DNA of 64,000 nt from Gammaproteobacteria bacterium (GTDB lineage Bacteria > Pseudomonadota > Gammaproteobacteria > CBDBNL01 > JAAOII01): positions 1,984,001 to 2,048,000 of the forward strand of contig OZ242372.1 of assembly GCA_965209035.1 (NCBI GenBank), written 5' to 3'. The notes beneath the pieces were generated by a model that was not told where the DNA came from, did not search any database, and saw nothing but the letters and a program-made list of their open reading frames with translations. Shown here piece after piece: positions 39,535 to 50,300 of this stretch. Within the stretch, counting starts at the first letter, position 1; each line of letters begins with the position of its first letter. Position numbers and translations under genes: made by a program.

Positions 39535-40971
39535 ATGATGCATAGAAATAGGAACGGGAACGCAAAAACTCTTTACGATAAGTTGTGGGATATGCACTGT
39601 GTTACCAAGCGAGAAGACGGATATATCCTTCTGTATATCGATCGTCATTTCGTTCACGAAGTCACCTCGCCTCAGGCTTTTGAAGGACTGAAGTTGGCGG
39701 GTCGCCGACCCTGGCGTATCAATTCCATCTTGGCTACAGCCGACCATGCCGTACCGACAGACAAGCGAGAACTTGGTATGAAAGGAGTGACGGATGCAAC
39801 TTCCAAGATTCAAATAGAAACCCTGAATGACCACTGTGATTTTTACAAAATACGCAATCTGGGTCTTCTGTCGCCGGAGCAAGGAATCGTCCATACTATC
39901 GGACCGGAATTGGGGGCGACCTTGCCGGGAATGACGATTGTGTGCGGTGATTCACACACTTCCACACACGGCGCACTTGGCACTCTGGCGATGGGGATAG
40001 GCACTTCCGAAGTGGAACATGTGCTGGCAACTCAGTGTTTGGCAACGCGCAAGATGAAGAACATGCGTATTAGGATTGACGGGCAGTTACCCGCAGGCTC
40101 TTATGCAAAAGATGTGATTTTGGCAATTATCGGCAAGATCGGCACAGCGGGCGGAACCGGCTATGCGATTGAATATGCGGGCGATACGATCCGCCATTTG
40201 TCCGTGGAAAGTCGGATGACGATCTGCAACATGTCCATAGAAGCGGGAGCCAGAGTTGGGTTGGTTGCGGTGGACGACAAAACTCTGGATTATGTCCGGG
40301 GACGCAAGTACGCACCGGCAGGCGAAAACTGGCGCAAGGCGACGGACTTTTGGAACAGACTGCACAGCGACGAGAACGCGGTGTTTGACAGAGAGGAGGA
40401 GCTGCGTGCCGAAGAGATTAAGCCGCAGATTACCTGGGGGACCTCGCCGGAAATGGTTGTTTCCATAGAAGACAAGATTCCCGGCAAGGAAGAAACCGAA
40501 AGCGAGGATCAGGTCCGAGCATTGGAAAGGGCATTGGAATATATGAATCTAAAGCCGGGCACCAAGATGCAAGACATTAAACCGGACAAAATTTTCATCG
40601 GCTCTTGCACCAATTCTCGTATTGAGGATCTGCGTGTTGCCGCGCAGATCTTGAAAGGCAAAAAGGTTGCGGGCAGCATCAAACAGGCCCTGGTTGTCCC
40701 GAGTTCGGGTATGGTAAAAAAACAGGCGGAAGCGGAAGGGTTGGACAGAATATTTACCGAAGCCGGTATGGAATGGCGCAGCCCCGGTTGTTCAATGTGT
40801 TTGGGAATGAATCCGGATCAACTGGGCGGCGGCGAAAGATGCGCTTCCACTTCCAACCGAAACTTTGAAGGAAGGCAGGGAGCGGGCGGACGCACTCATC
40901 TTGTCAGTCCGGCCATGGCGGCACTTGCCGCTATTCGGGGACGCTTTGATGATATTCGGGAAGTCTTGTAA
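39535..40971 (+). CDS. leuC: 3-isopropylmalate dehydratase large subunit
   Basis: [50 protein letters not shown]. Confidence 0.98.
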   Translation: MMHRNRNGNAKTLYDKLWDMHCVTKREDGYILLYIDRHFVHEVTSPQAFEGLKLAGRRPWRINSILATADHAVPTDKRELGMKGVTDATSKIQIETLNDHCDFYKIRNLGLLSPEQGIVHTIGPELGATLPGMTIVCGDSHTSTHGALGTLAMGIGTSEVEHVLATQCLATRKMKNMRIRIDGQLPAGSYAKDVILAIIGKIGTAGGTGYAIEYAGDTIRHLSVESRMTICNMSIEAGARVGLVAVDDKTLDYVRGRKYAPAGENWRKATDFWNRLHSDENAVFDREEELRAEEIKPQITWGTSPEMVVSIEDKIPGKEETESEDQVRALERALEYMNLKPGTKMQDIKPDKIFIGSCTNSRIEDLRVAAQILKGKKVAGSIKQALVVPSSGMVKKQAEAEGLDRIFTEAGMEWRSPGCSMCLGMNPDQLGGGERCASTSNRNFEGRQGAGGRTHLVSPAMAALAAIRGRFDDIREVL

Positions 40972-41004
40972 ACCGGAACGCTAGTTCTTTTTAAATTTTT
41001 TCCT

Positions 41005-42108
41005 GTGCTACTTAGCATCATTCTGCCAACCTATCGGGAGGCGGGAAATCTTTCGCCTATGTGTCGGCAGATCTCCGCTGAGATGCAAAAAGGCGGCTTG
41101 GGGTTAAAGGATTATGAGATTCTCGTAATGGACGATTGCTCCGACGATGGCTCGGCACAGGAATGCGATGAACTGCAAAAAGACGGGATCCCGCTTCGGT
41201 TCGTTGAACGCAAGCAGCAACAGCGCGGGCTTTCGCCTGCCGTGCTTGACGGACTAAAAATCTGCCGGGGTGAATACTGCTGTGTGATGGACGCGGATAT
41301 GTCGCATCCTGCGGATGCGATCTTGCCGATGCTGCAAAAAATGCGGGCCGGCGAAGCGGACTTTTGTCTTGGCTCGCGTTATACCAAAGGCGGTCGCATT
41401 GACGAAAACTGGACACGGCGGCGTCTTTTAATGTCCCGCTTTGCCACTTTTCTTTCACTGCCACTGATTAGGGTTGCTGATCCAATGAGCGGTTTCTTCA
41501 TACTGGCAAAGGCTTCCATGCCTTCCAATCACGAATTGTCGCCGCTCGGGTACAAAATTGCTTTGGAGTTGCTTGTCAAGGGGAACTATCGCAAGGTTTA
41601 CGAGCATCCGATTTACTTCCGTAATCGTCTCTATGGAGAAAGCAAGATGGGCGTGCGCGAACAGTTTTTATATTTACAGCATCTTCGCCGACTTTACAAA
41701 GCCAGGTATCCCGTTATGTCGGAATTTGTGCATTTTGGTTTGGTGGGTGGCAGTGGCTTTGTTGTGGATGTTGCCCTTTATTACATATTTCAGTTCTTTT
41801 TTAACATCAATCATATTGCCGCCCGCGCCCTTTCGTTTTGGGGGGCGTCCACTTGGAATTGGTACTGGAATCGCACGATCACATTTTCCGATTATTTCAA
41901 ATCCATGCCTTTGACACAATGGATCAGCTTTGTGGCAGTCAGTCTGTTCGGTTTTTTAATTAATTGGGGGTCCTATGTGCTGCTGACCGGTAATATTCAC
42001 TTTTTTGAGATCAACAAACTTGTGGCGTTAATGCTGGGTGTGATAGCCGGTCTCGGTTTTAACTTCATGTTTTCGCGCATTTTTATTTTTAGGCATTTGG
42101 AAGACTAA
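41005..42108 (+). CDS. GT2 polyprenol-phosphate glycosyltransferase fused to GtrA-like flippase domain
   Basis: ILPTYRE, DDCSDDGS, MDADMSH, DPMSGFF, GESK; C-terminal 4-TM GtrA (FGLVGGSG, NRTITF). Confidence 0.85.
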   Translation: MLLSIILPTYREAGNLSPMCRQISAEMQKGGLGLKDYEILVMDDCSDDGSAQECDELQKDGIPLRFVERKQQQRGLSPAVLDGLKICRGEYCCVMDADMSHPADAILPMLQKMRAGEADFCLGSRYTKGGRIDENWTRRRLLMSRFATFLSLPLIRVADPMSGFFILAKASMPSNHELSPLGYKIALELLVKGNYRKVYEHPIYFRNRLYGESKMGVREQFLYLQHLRRLYKARYPVMSEFVHFGLVGGSGFVVDVALYYIFQFFFNINHIAARALSFWGASTWNWYWNRTITFSDYFKSMPLTQWISFVAVSLFGFLINWGSYVLLTGNIHFFEINKLVALMLGVIAGLGFNFMFSRIFIFRHLED

Positions 42109-42120
42109 GGCAACATTAAA

Positions 42121-44979
42121 ATGAAAACGACAACTAACGATCCTGTGCAACACCCAAAAGATTCAAAAGGACCCGAGGAGATGAACACAACACCTCCGGC
42201 GATGGATAAGAAGTTTAACGCCAGGGAAATAGAAAAGAAATGGTACTCCTTTTGGGAATCTTCCGGTTTTTTTCAGCCGACGGGAGAGGGCGAAGCCTAC
42301 TGCATTGCCATACCTCCGCCCAATGTCACCGGCACTTTGCATATGGGGCATGCTTTTCTTAATACGCTCATAGATACGCTCATCCGCTATCAGCGGATGC
42401 GGGGCAAGCGCGTGTTGTGGCAAATGGGGACGGATCATGCCGGCATAGCCACGCAGATGGTGGTGGAGCGGAAACTTGCCGCCCGCGGCAAAGAAAGACG
42501 GAAAATTGGAAGGGAAGCTTTCGTAAAAGCCGTATGGGATTGGAAAGCGGAGTCCGCGGGGATTATTTCGCATCAATTAAGGCGGTTGGGGGCTTCGGTG
42601 GATTGGGAGACAGAGCGGTTTACTATGGACGAAGGATTTTCGCGCGCGGTCACCGAGGCATTCGTTCGGTTGTCCGAGCGGGGATATGTTTATCGTGCCA
42701 AGCGTTTGGTTAATTGGGATCCGAAGTTACTTACGGCCGTGTCGGATCTGGAAGTGCAGGCCGCAGAGGAGGACGCTATTCTTTATTATGTCCGTTATCC
42801 CTTTGCCGGCGAAGGCGAAGAGGGAGGTATGGTGATTGCCACAACCCGACCGGAAACGATACTGGCGGACGGAGCAGTTGCGGTGCATCCGGACGACCCG
42901 AGGTTTAAAAAATATGTCGGTAAAAAAGTGCATGTCCCTATGACGGAGCGCGTGATTCCGGTGATTGCCGACGACTATGTTAAGTCCGAATTCGGTTCGG
43001 GGACGGTGAAGATAACGCCCGCCCATGATTTCAATGACTACGAAGTAGGGCAACGCCACGAGATGGAAGTGATCAATCTGTTTACTCCGCATGCCGTGAT
43101 GAATGAAAATGCGCCGCCCGCTTATCGCGGCATGGACCGAGAAACAGCACGTGTGGCTATTGTCCGGGATCTTGAGAAAGCAGACTTCCTTGTTAAGAAA
43201 GAAGATCACAAACACAGTCCGCCGCGCGGCGACAGAAGCGGTGTGATTTTGGAGCCTTATTTAACCGATCAGTGGTTTGTGCGTATGGATGAGTTTGCCA
43301 AAAAAGCAATGCAATCGGTGCGCGCCGGGCAAACATCTTTTGTCCCGAAACAATGGGAAAAGACCTATTTTAATTGGTTGACAAACATTCAAGACTGGTG
43401 TGTCAGTCGCCAACTCTGGTGGGGGCATCGCATTCCCGCCTGGTATGATGAAAAGGGCGGTGTTTATGTTGGCAGAACGGAAGTTGAGGTGCGCGAGAAA
43501 CACAACATCACATCGGGGATTTCTCTGCACAGAGACGAAGATGTGCTGGATACCTGGTTTTCGTCCGCACTCTGGACCTTTGCGACAATGGGCTGGCCGG
43601 ATGAGAGTGGGCGGCAAAAGGTATTCAACCCGACAAGCGTGCTGGTGACCGGGTTTGATATCATCTTCTTTTGGGTGGCGCGTATGATGATGATAACCCT
43701 TGCCCTAAAAGACGAAATTCCCTTTAAGGAGGTTTATATTCACGGTCTGGTGCGCGATGCCGAGGGGAAAAAGATGTCAAAATCCAAGGGTAATATTCTG
43801 GACCCGTTGGATGTGATAGACGGAATTACACTGACGGACTTGATTAAGAAGCGGACTTCCGATTTAATGCAGCCCCGCCTGGCAACTGCGATTGAAAAAA
43901 GCACGCGGCGCGACTTCCCGGATGGAATAGAAACACACGGAACGGATGCTTTACGCTTTACATTTTGCTCTTTGGCATCCAACGGCAGGGACCTGAACTT
44001 TGATGTTTCTCGCTGTATTGGCTATCGTAATTTTTGTAACAAACTTTGGAATGCGGCTCGTTATGTTTTGGCACAGTTTCGACCGGATACGGATTGGATG
44101 TCCGATGCGGACTATGCCAAACAAACGCTTCATTATGCGGATAAATGGATTACCACCGGCTGCGACAATGCGGTTCGGAAAGTTTTGCGCGGCCTTGAAA
44201 ACTACCGATTTGATCATGCGTCCGATGCCTTGTATCATTTTGTCTGGCACGAATATTGTGACTGGTATGTTGAATTGAGCAAGCCGCTGCTTGCTTCTCC
44301 GAGTGAAGCGGAACGCAAAATATTACTAAATACGATGCTGCGTGTTCTTGAAAAAACTCTTTGTCTGGCACATCCGTTCATTCCGTTTGTTACCGAAGAA
44401 ATTTGGCAGCATTTGCGGCCGCTGATGCGGTTGCCCGAAGAAAGTATTATGCGACGTCCCTATCCGCGGCCGCTTTCCGCTGAGGTTGCCGCGGAGCATA
44501 TGCGCACGGAATCTCTGATGGAATGGCTGCGTCTCCTCGTGACAGAAGGACGCTCGATGCGTGATCAGGCCGGACTATCTCCCAAAGTGTGTACCAAGTT
44601 TATCCTGATAACAAAAGACGAACGGGAGACGGCATGGCTGACGGAAAGCATGCCGCTGATACGTGGCCTGCTTAATTGCGAGGAGGTTACACTTGGTGCT
44701 GCCGGTGCTGCCGGAGTGGCCGGGCGTTCCCGCATTGTGGGGCAGGGGAGTCTTGTGCTTCCTTTTGCGAATCGCTCGGAGTGTGAGGCGGAGATCCGAA
44801 GGCTGAACACGGAGTTGGAACGCTTGGAAAAAATGCGGAATCTTCTGGATGCCAAGCTGAAAAACGACGACTTTCGGACCAAGGCACCGAAGGCGGTTGT
44901 GGAAGAGACCAAACGGCGGGCGGAATCCGCACAAGCGTCCTTGGACACAATTCGACAAAATATCCGGGAACTGGCATGA
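42121..44979 (+). CDS. valS: Valine--tRNA ligase
   Basis: PPPNVTGTLHMGHA, DHAGIATQ, SRQLWWGH, KMSKS. Confidence 0.98.
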   Translation: MKTTTNDPVQHPKDSKGPEEMNTTPPAMDKKFNAREIEKKWYSFWESSGFFQPTGEGEAYCIAIPPPNVTGTLHMGHAFLNTLIDTLIRYQRMRGKRVLWQMGTDHAGIATQMVVERKLAARGKERRKIGREAFVKAVWDWKAESAGIISHQLRRLGASVDWETERFTMDEGFSRAVTEAFVRLSERGYVYRAKRLVNWDPKLLTAVSDLEVQAAEEDAILYYVRYPFAGEGEEGGMVIATTRPETILADGAVAVHPDDPRFKKYVGKKVHVPMTERVIPVIADDYVKSEFGSGTVKITPAHDFNDYEVGQRHEMEVINLFTPHAVMNENAPPAYRGMDRETARVAIVRDLEKADFLVKKEDHKHSPPRGDRSGVILEPYLTDQWFVRMDEFAKKAMQSVRAGQTSFVPKQWEKTYFNWLTNIQDWCVSRQLWWGHRIPAWYDEKGGVYVGRTEVEVREKHNITSGISLHRDEDVLDTWFSSALWTFATMGWPDESGRQKVFNPTSVLVTGFDIIFFWVARMMMITLALKDEIPFKEVYIHGLVRDAEGKKMSKSKGNILDPLDVIDGITLTDLIKKRTSDLMQPRLATAIEKSTRRDFPDGIETHGTDALRFTFCSLASNGRDLNFDVSRCIGYRNFCNKLWNAARYVLAQFRPDTDWMSDADYAKQTLHYADKWITTGCDNAVRKVLRGLENYRFDHASDALYHFVWHEYCDWYVELSKPLLASPSEAERKILLNTMLRVLEKTLCLAHPFIPFVTEEIWQHLRPLMRLPEESIMRRPYPRPLSAEVAAEHMRTESLMEWLRLLVTEGRSMRDQAGLSPKVCTKFILITKDERETAWLTESMPLIRGLLNCEEVTLGAAGAAGVAGRSRIVGQGSLVLPFANRSECEAEIRRLNTELERLEKMRNLLDAKLKNDDFRTKAPKAVVEETKRRAESAQASLDTIRQNIRELA

Positions 44980-45068
44980 GTTGGGATGGACGCCGGACGG
45001 ACGCCCGGCGTCTTTTAAGTCACCGCAAAGAGCCTGCAAACACCAATGCAGGGGTTATAATAAAAAGG

Positions 45069-45872
45069 ATGTTAATCATTCTTTCGCCGGCCAAGAAGTT
45101 GAACTTTAACAGAGAAATTCCCGTCTCGGAACGCACTCTGCCGCAGTTTGCGGACAGGGCGCGCGAGCTGTTGGATGTCCTGCGTGATTATGATGCTGCC
45201 TCTTTATCGCGTCTGATGCAACTTAGCGAAAAGTTATCTGTGCTTAACACGAAACGCTACCACAATTTCACATTTCCGCTGACAGCGGAGAATTCACGAC
45301 CGGCCGTTTATTGTTTTGACGGAGATGTTTATCTGGGGTTGAATATAGATTCTTTGACTGTGCCGGAAGTTTTTGAGTTGCAAAAGAAGTTACGCATTAT
45401 TTCGGGTTTGTTCGGGTTACTCAGACCATTGGATCTGATACAGCCTTATCGTTTGGAAATGGGGACAAAACTCCCCACTTCGCGCGGCGATACTCTTTAT
45501 CAGTTCTGGGGCAATACATTGGCCGATAGTATTTACGCCGAACTCAGCGCGGATGTGCATGAAGACAGAGACAGATTCTTGGTTAATCTGGCATCCGACG
45601 AATACGCCACCGCGGTTCGCATCCCCGACTTGCGAAAGCGCGGGCTGCGTGTCATTCAGCCGATGTTCCGGGACTACAAAAACGGGACCTACAAAACAAT
45701 TTCTTTTTTTGCGAAGAAAGCCCGAGGGATGATGGTGCATTACCTCATTCGCAACAATATTACCAAAGAAGAGGACATTTTGGGATTTGATGTCGGCGGC
45801 TATGTTTATAGCCGGAAGCATTCCCAACCGGATTCCCCCGTTTTTCTGCGAAAACTGTCCGCTGCGGCATAG
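45069..45872 (+). CDS. yaaA: Peroxide stress protein YaaA
   Basis: MLIILSPAK, GLLRPLD..YRLEMG, VNLASDEY, SFFAKKARG. Confidence 0.93.
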   Translation: MLIILSPAKKLNFNREIPVSERTLPQFADRARELLDVLRDYDAASLSRLMQLSEKLSVLNTKRYHNFTFPLTAENSRPAVYCFDGDVYLGLNIDSLTVPEVFELQKKLRIISGLFGLLRPLDLIQPYRLEMGTKLPTSRGDTLYQFWGNTLADSIYAELSADVHEDRDRFLVNLASDEYATAVRIPDLRKRGLRVIQPMFRDYKNGTYKTISFFAKKARGMMVHYLIRNNITKEEDILGFDVGGYVYSRKHSQPDSPVFLRKLSAAA

Positions 45873-45920
45873 GGCTATTTTTGCGATCTTCTTTACGCTT
45901 TCTTTGCATTAATCTTACCT

Positions 45921-46691
45921 TTGCGCGGATTACTATTTTTCTGCGGCTATATTGTCATTTTGCTGTGTTGGTCATTGGTCACAACTCTGACTTCTCCTTT
46001 TGTGCCATTAAAAAAACGCGGGATTCTCTGTCGGTACGCCTATCGGGCATTTGAAAGTTGGTTGAGGCTGGCGGTTGGAATTCGGGTCCTATATGATTAT
46101 GCGGAACCTATTCCCGAGAACGAAAACTATATCATCGTGGCAAATCATCAAACGGCCTGGGATGCTTTTGCGATGAACACTCTGTGTTTGCCGTCTGTTA
46201 CGGTTCTCAAATACGAGTTGATGCAAATTCCGTTGATCGGTTGGGGACTAAGGACAATTGATCCGATTGTTATCAGACGCAAAAACCTTGTCCAGTCCAT
46301 GCGACAAATTTATGAAAAAGGAAGTCAGAAGTTACGGGAAGGATTTCATCTTGTTATTTTCCCGCAAGGAACAAGAGTGTCGCCGCCGGCTGTCGGCGAG
46401 CTAAGTGCCGCGCCGGTGCGTTTGGCACTCTTGACAAACAAACCGTTATTGCCGGTTGTGCACAACAGCGGAGAATTGCTCTCGCCCGGGGGAGTATTTA
46501 AACGCGGCGGCGAATTGCGCATCCGCATCGGACCGCCGATCCGCCCGCAAGATTTTGGCGGTTCTGCCGGCAAACAGGCAATTCGGTTGAAACTGGCAAA
46601 GCAAATGAGCGAGATGCTGCGTCTGACGCACGATATGGAAACCGAGGAGATTAAAGTACCGAATTCCGCCAACAGAGAAGCGGTTAAATGA
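45921..46691 (+). CDS. plsC: 1-acyl-sn-glycerol-3-phosphate acyltransferase
   Basis: NHQTAWD (HX4D), IFPQGTR, LPVVHNSG. Confidence 0.85.
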   Translation: MRGLLFFCGYIVILLCWSLVTTLTSPFVPLKKRGILCRYAYRAFESWLRLAVGIRVLYDYAEPIPENENYIIVANHQTAWDAFAMNTLCLPSVTVLKYELMQIPLIGWGLRTIDPIVIRRKNLVQSMRQIYEKGSQKLREGFHLVIFPQGTRVSPPAVGELSAAPVRLALLTNKPLLPVVHNSGELLSPGGVFKRGGELRIRIGPPIRPQDFGGSAGKQAIRLKLAKQMSEMLRLTHDMETEEIKVPNSANREAVK

Positions 46692-47950
46692 GTTTTTGTC
46701 GTTTGGTGGGCTGTAACCATGTTACCGCGCCTTTGGCGGTGCGCGAGCATGTTGCTTTTGGCAAGGATGACCTGGGTTCCGGTCTGGATTCCCTTATGGG
46801 ACTTAAAGGAGTGAGCGAAGCCATCATTTTTTCTACTTGCAACAGAACCGAAGTTTACTATTGCGGCGGCATCGCCGAAGAGCGGGTGATCCAATGGCTA
46901 AGCGACTTCCACCATATAGATCCGGAGTGGTTAAAAGCCTGTCTTTACAGGTATGAAAACTCGGATACACTCAGGCATCTTGCTCGGGTGGCGAGCGGTC
47001 TTGATTCCATTGCTTTGGGTGAAACACAGGTTCTGGGACAACTTAAGGATGCCTACCAACTGGCAAAGATGCGCGGGGCTGTGTCGGATGAATTGGACAA
47101 GGTGATGCAGTTTATTTTTGGTTTGGCAAAAAAATTACGCAGATCTACCCGTATTGGCAAGGAACCGATCAGCATTGCTTCGGCGGCGGTGAACCTGGCA
47201 AACGAAGCTTTCGAAGACTTTCGCTATCGCATACCCCTTGTTGTGGGTGCCGGGCAAAATGCCCGCTTGATTACGGACTATCTGGTTAAGAGAGGTATTA
47301 AGCAAATGTATTTTGCCAATCGCACCTACCGCAAAGCCGAAGAATTGGCGGAAGCATCCGGTGTCAAGGCGAAAGTGGTTTCTTTGATGGATCTGGAAAA
47401 GGTGATTCCGGACGCGGATATGATCTTTACTTCTACGGCGAGTCCGACCATTCTGATAGGCAAAGGGATGATTGAGAAAGCCCTGAGGCTGCATGATCAT
47501 AAACGAATGTTCATCGCGGATATTTCCGTTCCGCGCGATCTGGAAAATTCCATAGCCGAGTTGTCGCGAGTGAACCTTTATACTCTGGATGATTTGCAAC
47601 GAATTCTTGCGGAGAATATGGGCAAGAGAAAAAAGGAAATGGTGCCGGCACAAAAGATGATTGACAAGGCGGTGGATGGCTATTTGGAAGAACACAGCCC
47701 GCACAAGGAAATTTTGGAATCTTATCGCCGAAGGGTGGATACTTGTAAGGAGGCGGAGTTGAAGCACGCTTTGAACGGAACACAGGATCCGGATGCCCGG
47801 CGTGCGATAACGCTGCTGGCCGACAGATTGGCTGCGAAACTTACGCACGAACCGACCAAGATGATTCGTTCCGCTCGCCGCAACAAAGACTATCGACAAT
47901 TACACTACTTGGCGAGCGGGTTACTCGGAAACGAGCCCTCCAAAAAATAG
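46688..47950 (+). CDS. hemA: Glutamyl-tRNA reductase
   Basis: STCNRTE, SGLDS..GETQVLGQ, GAG, DISVPRD. Confidence 0.96.
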   Translation: MSFCRLVGCNHVTAPLAVREHVAFGKDDLGSGLDSLMGLKGVSEAIIFSTCNRTEVYYCGGIAEERVIQWLSDFHHIDPEWLKACLYRYENSDTLRHLARVASGLDSIALGETQVLGQLKDAYQLAKMRGAVSDELDKVMQFIFGLAKKLRRSTRIGKEPISIASAAVNLANEAFEDFRYRIPLVVGAGQNARLITDYLVKRGIKQMYFANRTYRKAEELAEASGVKAKVVSLMDLEKVIPDADMIFTSTASPTILIGKGMIEKALRLHDHKRMFIADISVPRDLENSIAELSRVNLYTLDDLQRILAENMGKRKKEMVPAQKMIDKAVDGYLEEHSPHKEILESYRRRVDTCKEAELKHALNGTQDPDARRAITLLADRLAAKLTHEPTKMIRSARRNKDYRQLHYLASGLLGNEPSKK

Positions 47951-47963
47951 AGAGGACTACTAA

Positions 47964-49070
47964 ATGCATAAACGGCAGCGGGAAGTTTTGGAAAGCATGC
48001 GGCAGCGTGTTGAAACCTTGACGGAAGAGATGGCAAGCGACGAGGTGATTGGAGATCACACCAAAAGAATGAAACTTGCCAAAGAACTCAACAAACTGAA
48101 AGCACCGGTCCTTTTGTATGAGGAGTTTATCAAGTTTGAAGAAGAACAACGGCAAACTCACCTTGTCCGGCAGGATAAGAACGAGACCGAAGAGATGCGA
48201 GAATTGGCGACCGCCGAATATCAGCATCTTACGGCGGATTTGGCAAACAAGGAAGAGCAACTCATGCATCTCCTTCTCGGCAGAGAGAGCGGAGATGGCC
48301 GGGATGTTTATATTGAAGTGCGTGCCGGGGCGGGCGGGGCCGAAGCGGCAATTTTTGTCGGCGATCTAATCAGAATGTATAGCCGTTACGCGGAGCGGCA
48401 AGATTGGAAAATAGAAGCGGTTAATTTGAGTTTCAACGAGCAGGGGGGCTACCGAAATGCGATTCTTGCTTGCAAAGGTGATGATGTGTACGGTCGATTG
48501 AAGTTTGAGTCCGGCACCCATCGGGTGCAAAGAGTGCCGAAGACGGAAACTCAGGGGCGGCTGCATACTTCCACTTGCACTGTTGCGGTGATCCCGGAAG
48601 CAACGGCGGCAGACGAGATTGAGATTAACAAAGCGGATTTGCGTATAGATACTTACCGGGCGAGCGGTGCCGGCGGGCAGCATATCAATAAAACGGACTC
48701 GGCGGTGCGCATTACCCATATTCCGACCGGAGTGGTGGCGGAATGTCAGGAAGAGCGTTCGCAACACCGCAACAAGGAAAAAGCCATGCACCTTTTGGAA
48801 GCGCGGCTGTTATTAATGCATCAAGAACAGACCAGACGAGAGGAAGAGCAGCTGCGCCGAAGTTTGGTTGGCACTGCCGATCGGGCCGAAAAGATTAGAA
48901 CTTACAACTTTCCTCAAAATCGTGTTACGGACCATCGCATTGGGTTGACGCTTTATCGCCTTGCCGAGATGATGGAAGGGGATATGGCTTTTCTATTGGA
49001 ACCGCTCGGCAAGGAAGAGCGATTGCGGCTAAGCGACAAGGTACTTGTTGAACCAAATCCCGCGGAATGA
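47964..49070 (+). CDS. prfA: Peptide chain release factor 1
   Basis: RVPKTE (PxT motif), GAGGQHINKTDSA, RTYNFPQNRVTDHRI; follows hemA. Confidence 0.97.
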   Translation: MHKRQREVLESMRQRVETLTEEMASDEVIGDHTKRMKLAKELNKLKAPVLLYEEFIKFEEEQRQTHLVRQDKNETEEMRELATAEYQHLTADLANKEEQLMHLLLGRESGDGRDVYIEVRAGAGGAEAAIFVGDLIRMYSRYAERQDWKIEAVNLSFNEQGGYRNAILACKGDDVYGRLKFESGTHRVQRVPKTETQGRLHTSTCTVAVIPEATAADEIEINKADLRIDTYRASGAGGQHINKTDSAVRITHIPTGVVAECQEERSQHRNKEKAMHLLEARLLLMHQEQTRREEEQLRRSLVGTADRAEKIRTYNFPQNRVTDHRIGLTLYRLAEMMEGDMAFLLEPLGKEERLRLSDKVLVEPNPAE

Positions 49071-49090
49071 AAGACAAGTACATTCATTCG
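49065..49090 (+). repeat. 26-bp direct repeat, left copy
   Basis: gaatgaaagacaagtacattcattcg, identical at 50296-50321. Confidence 0.95.
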
Positions 49091-49189
49091 TAGTTCTATC
49101 GGGACAAAGAATTTAATGTTTTTATTTTGGCGATGGCATCAACTTCCCAATGCAAACCCGTTTGGGTCCTTACTGTAAAATAGGACATT

Positions 49190-49980
49190 ATGCTTGGATA
49201 TTCTTTTCGTGCTCTAAAAGAAGTATTTCGTCTAAAAATTAAAGGTGTTATTCAGATTGGTGCCCATACGGGTCAGGAGATCCTGGCATTAAATGGGGAG
49301 GGGGTTAAAAATTTGTTATTGATTGAGCCGTTGAAGAAACCATTCGCGAAGTTGAATGCTTATACGATTTTACATAAGAGAAAGTTTAATAGTTTGTTAT
49401 TGGAAAGAGAGCTTTGGGCAACAAAATGGGTAAGGTGATGATGCATGTGGCTGTAAATGAGGGCATGAGTTCTTCTATCTTAAAACCTCAAAAACACTTA
49501 GAAGTGTATCCGCACATTGAGTTTGATGAAAAAGAACAAGTGGAGATGACAACATTGGACAATTTGATGGCAAAGAAAGAATTGTCCGCCCTGCATTATA
49601 ATTTTTTGCTTATAGATGTCCGGGGTTATGAATTGGAGGTTTTGAAGGGTGGGAGAAAAACCCCGGATGGCGTAGATTATATCCTCTCGGAAATTAATGG
49701 CATAGAAATGTATAAGAGGTGTGCTCTTGTGGAAGAACTGGATGATTATTTGGACCAATTTGGTTTTTGCAGGGTGGTAACTGTCTGGCAAAACAAAAGA
49801 GACAAAACTTGGGGTGATGCTTTTTACATTAAGAAACCCACTTTGTTTCAGCAACATATATCCGCCAATATTTATTGGATGTTATTACACAGGTATCATC
49901 TGCCGATTAGAAAATTTCAGAAAAGTTGTGAGTCTTTTTACAAGAACACTATTCTCCGGCGAAATCACCGCCAAGGGTAG
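49190..49980 (+). pseudogene. FkbM-family methyltransferase split by a frameshift
   Basis: ORF1 GVIQIGAHTGQE..IEP; ORF2 GMSSSILKP..TTLD..IDVRGYELEVLKG..WGDAFY; removing 2 nt from agagag near 49406-49411 restores ERALGN. Confidence 0.85.
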
Positions 49981-50152
49981 GAAAGAAACTCCCATAATGG
50001 AAGAATTAAAACTTATACTTATATTATCAAGAAAGAAACGAGGTATTATTCTTATTGGTGATGTACGACTTTTGGGGAAAGATCAATGCCATCCGCCATT
50101 GGAATGTGATCAAATTTGTGTTATCTGCAAGAACAGCGAGTGTAGAAAATAA
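49945..50152 (+). pseudogene. C-terminal remnant of a second hypothetical, possibly methyltransferase-like, gene
   Basis: SGEITAKGRKETPIMEEL..IILIGDVRL resembles, from memory, an HxSGG.TAKG..TP..EEL..ILIDDAR family; no start region. Confidence 0.4.
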
Positions 50153-50212
50153 ACACGATATCTTAAGAATTATCTTGAATGATTAAGCGGATGCTCTTTG
50201 GAAAACTCAAAG

Positions 50213-50300
50213 AGGCAATCGGTCCCAGTGTGTGGCATGTCAGTAAAACGGATTCTGCGGTGTGCGTTATCCATATTCCGACCGGAGTGGTGGTCGAATG
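50213..50300 (+). pseudogene. Degenerate release-factor (prfA) fragment covering the GGQ loop
   Basis: Ungapped match to prfA 48658-48745, about 70 of 88 nt by hand count; reads AIGPSVWHVSKTDSAVCVIHIPTGVVVE versus ASGAGGQHINKTDSAVRITHIPTGVVAE. Confidence 0.85.
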
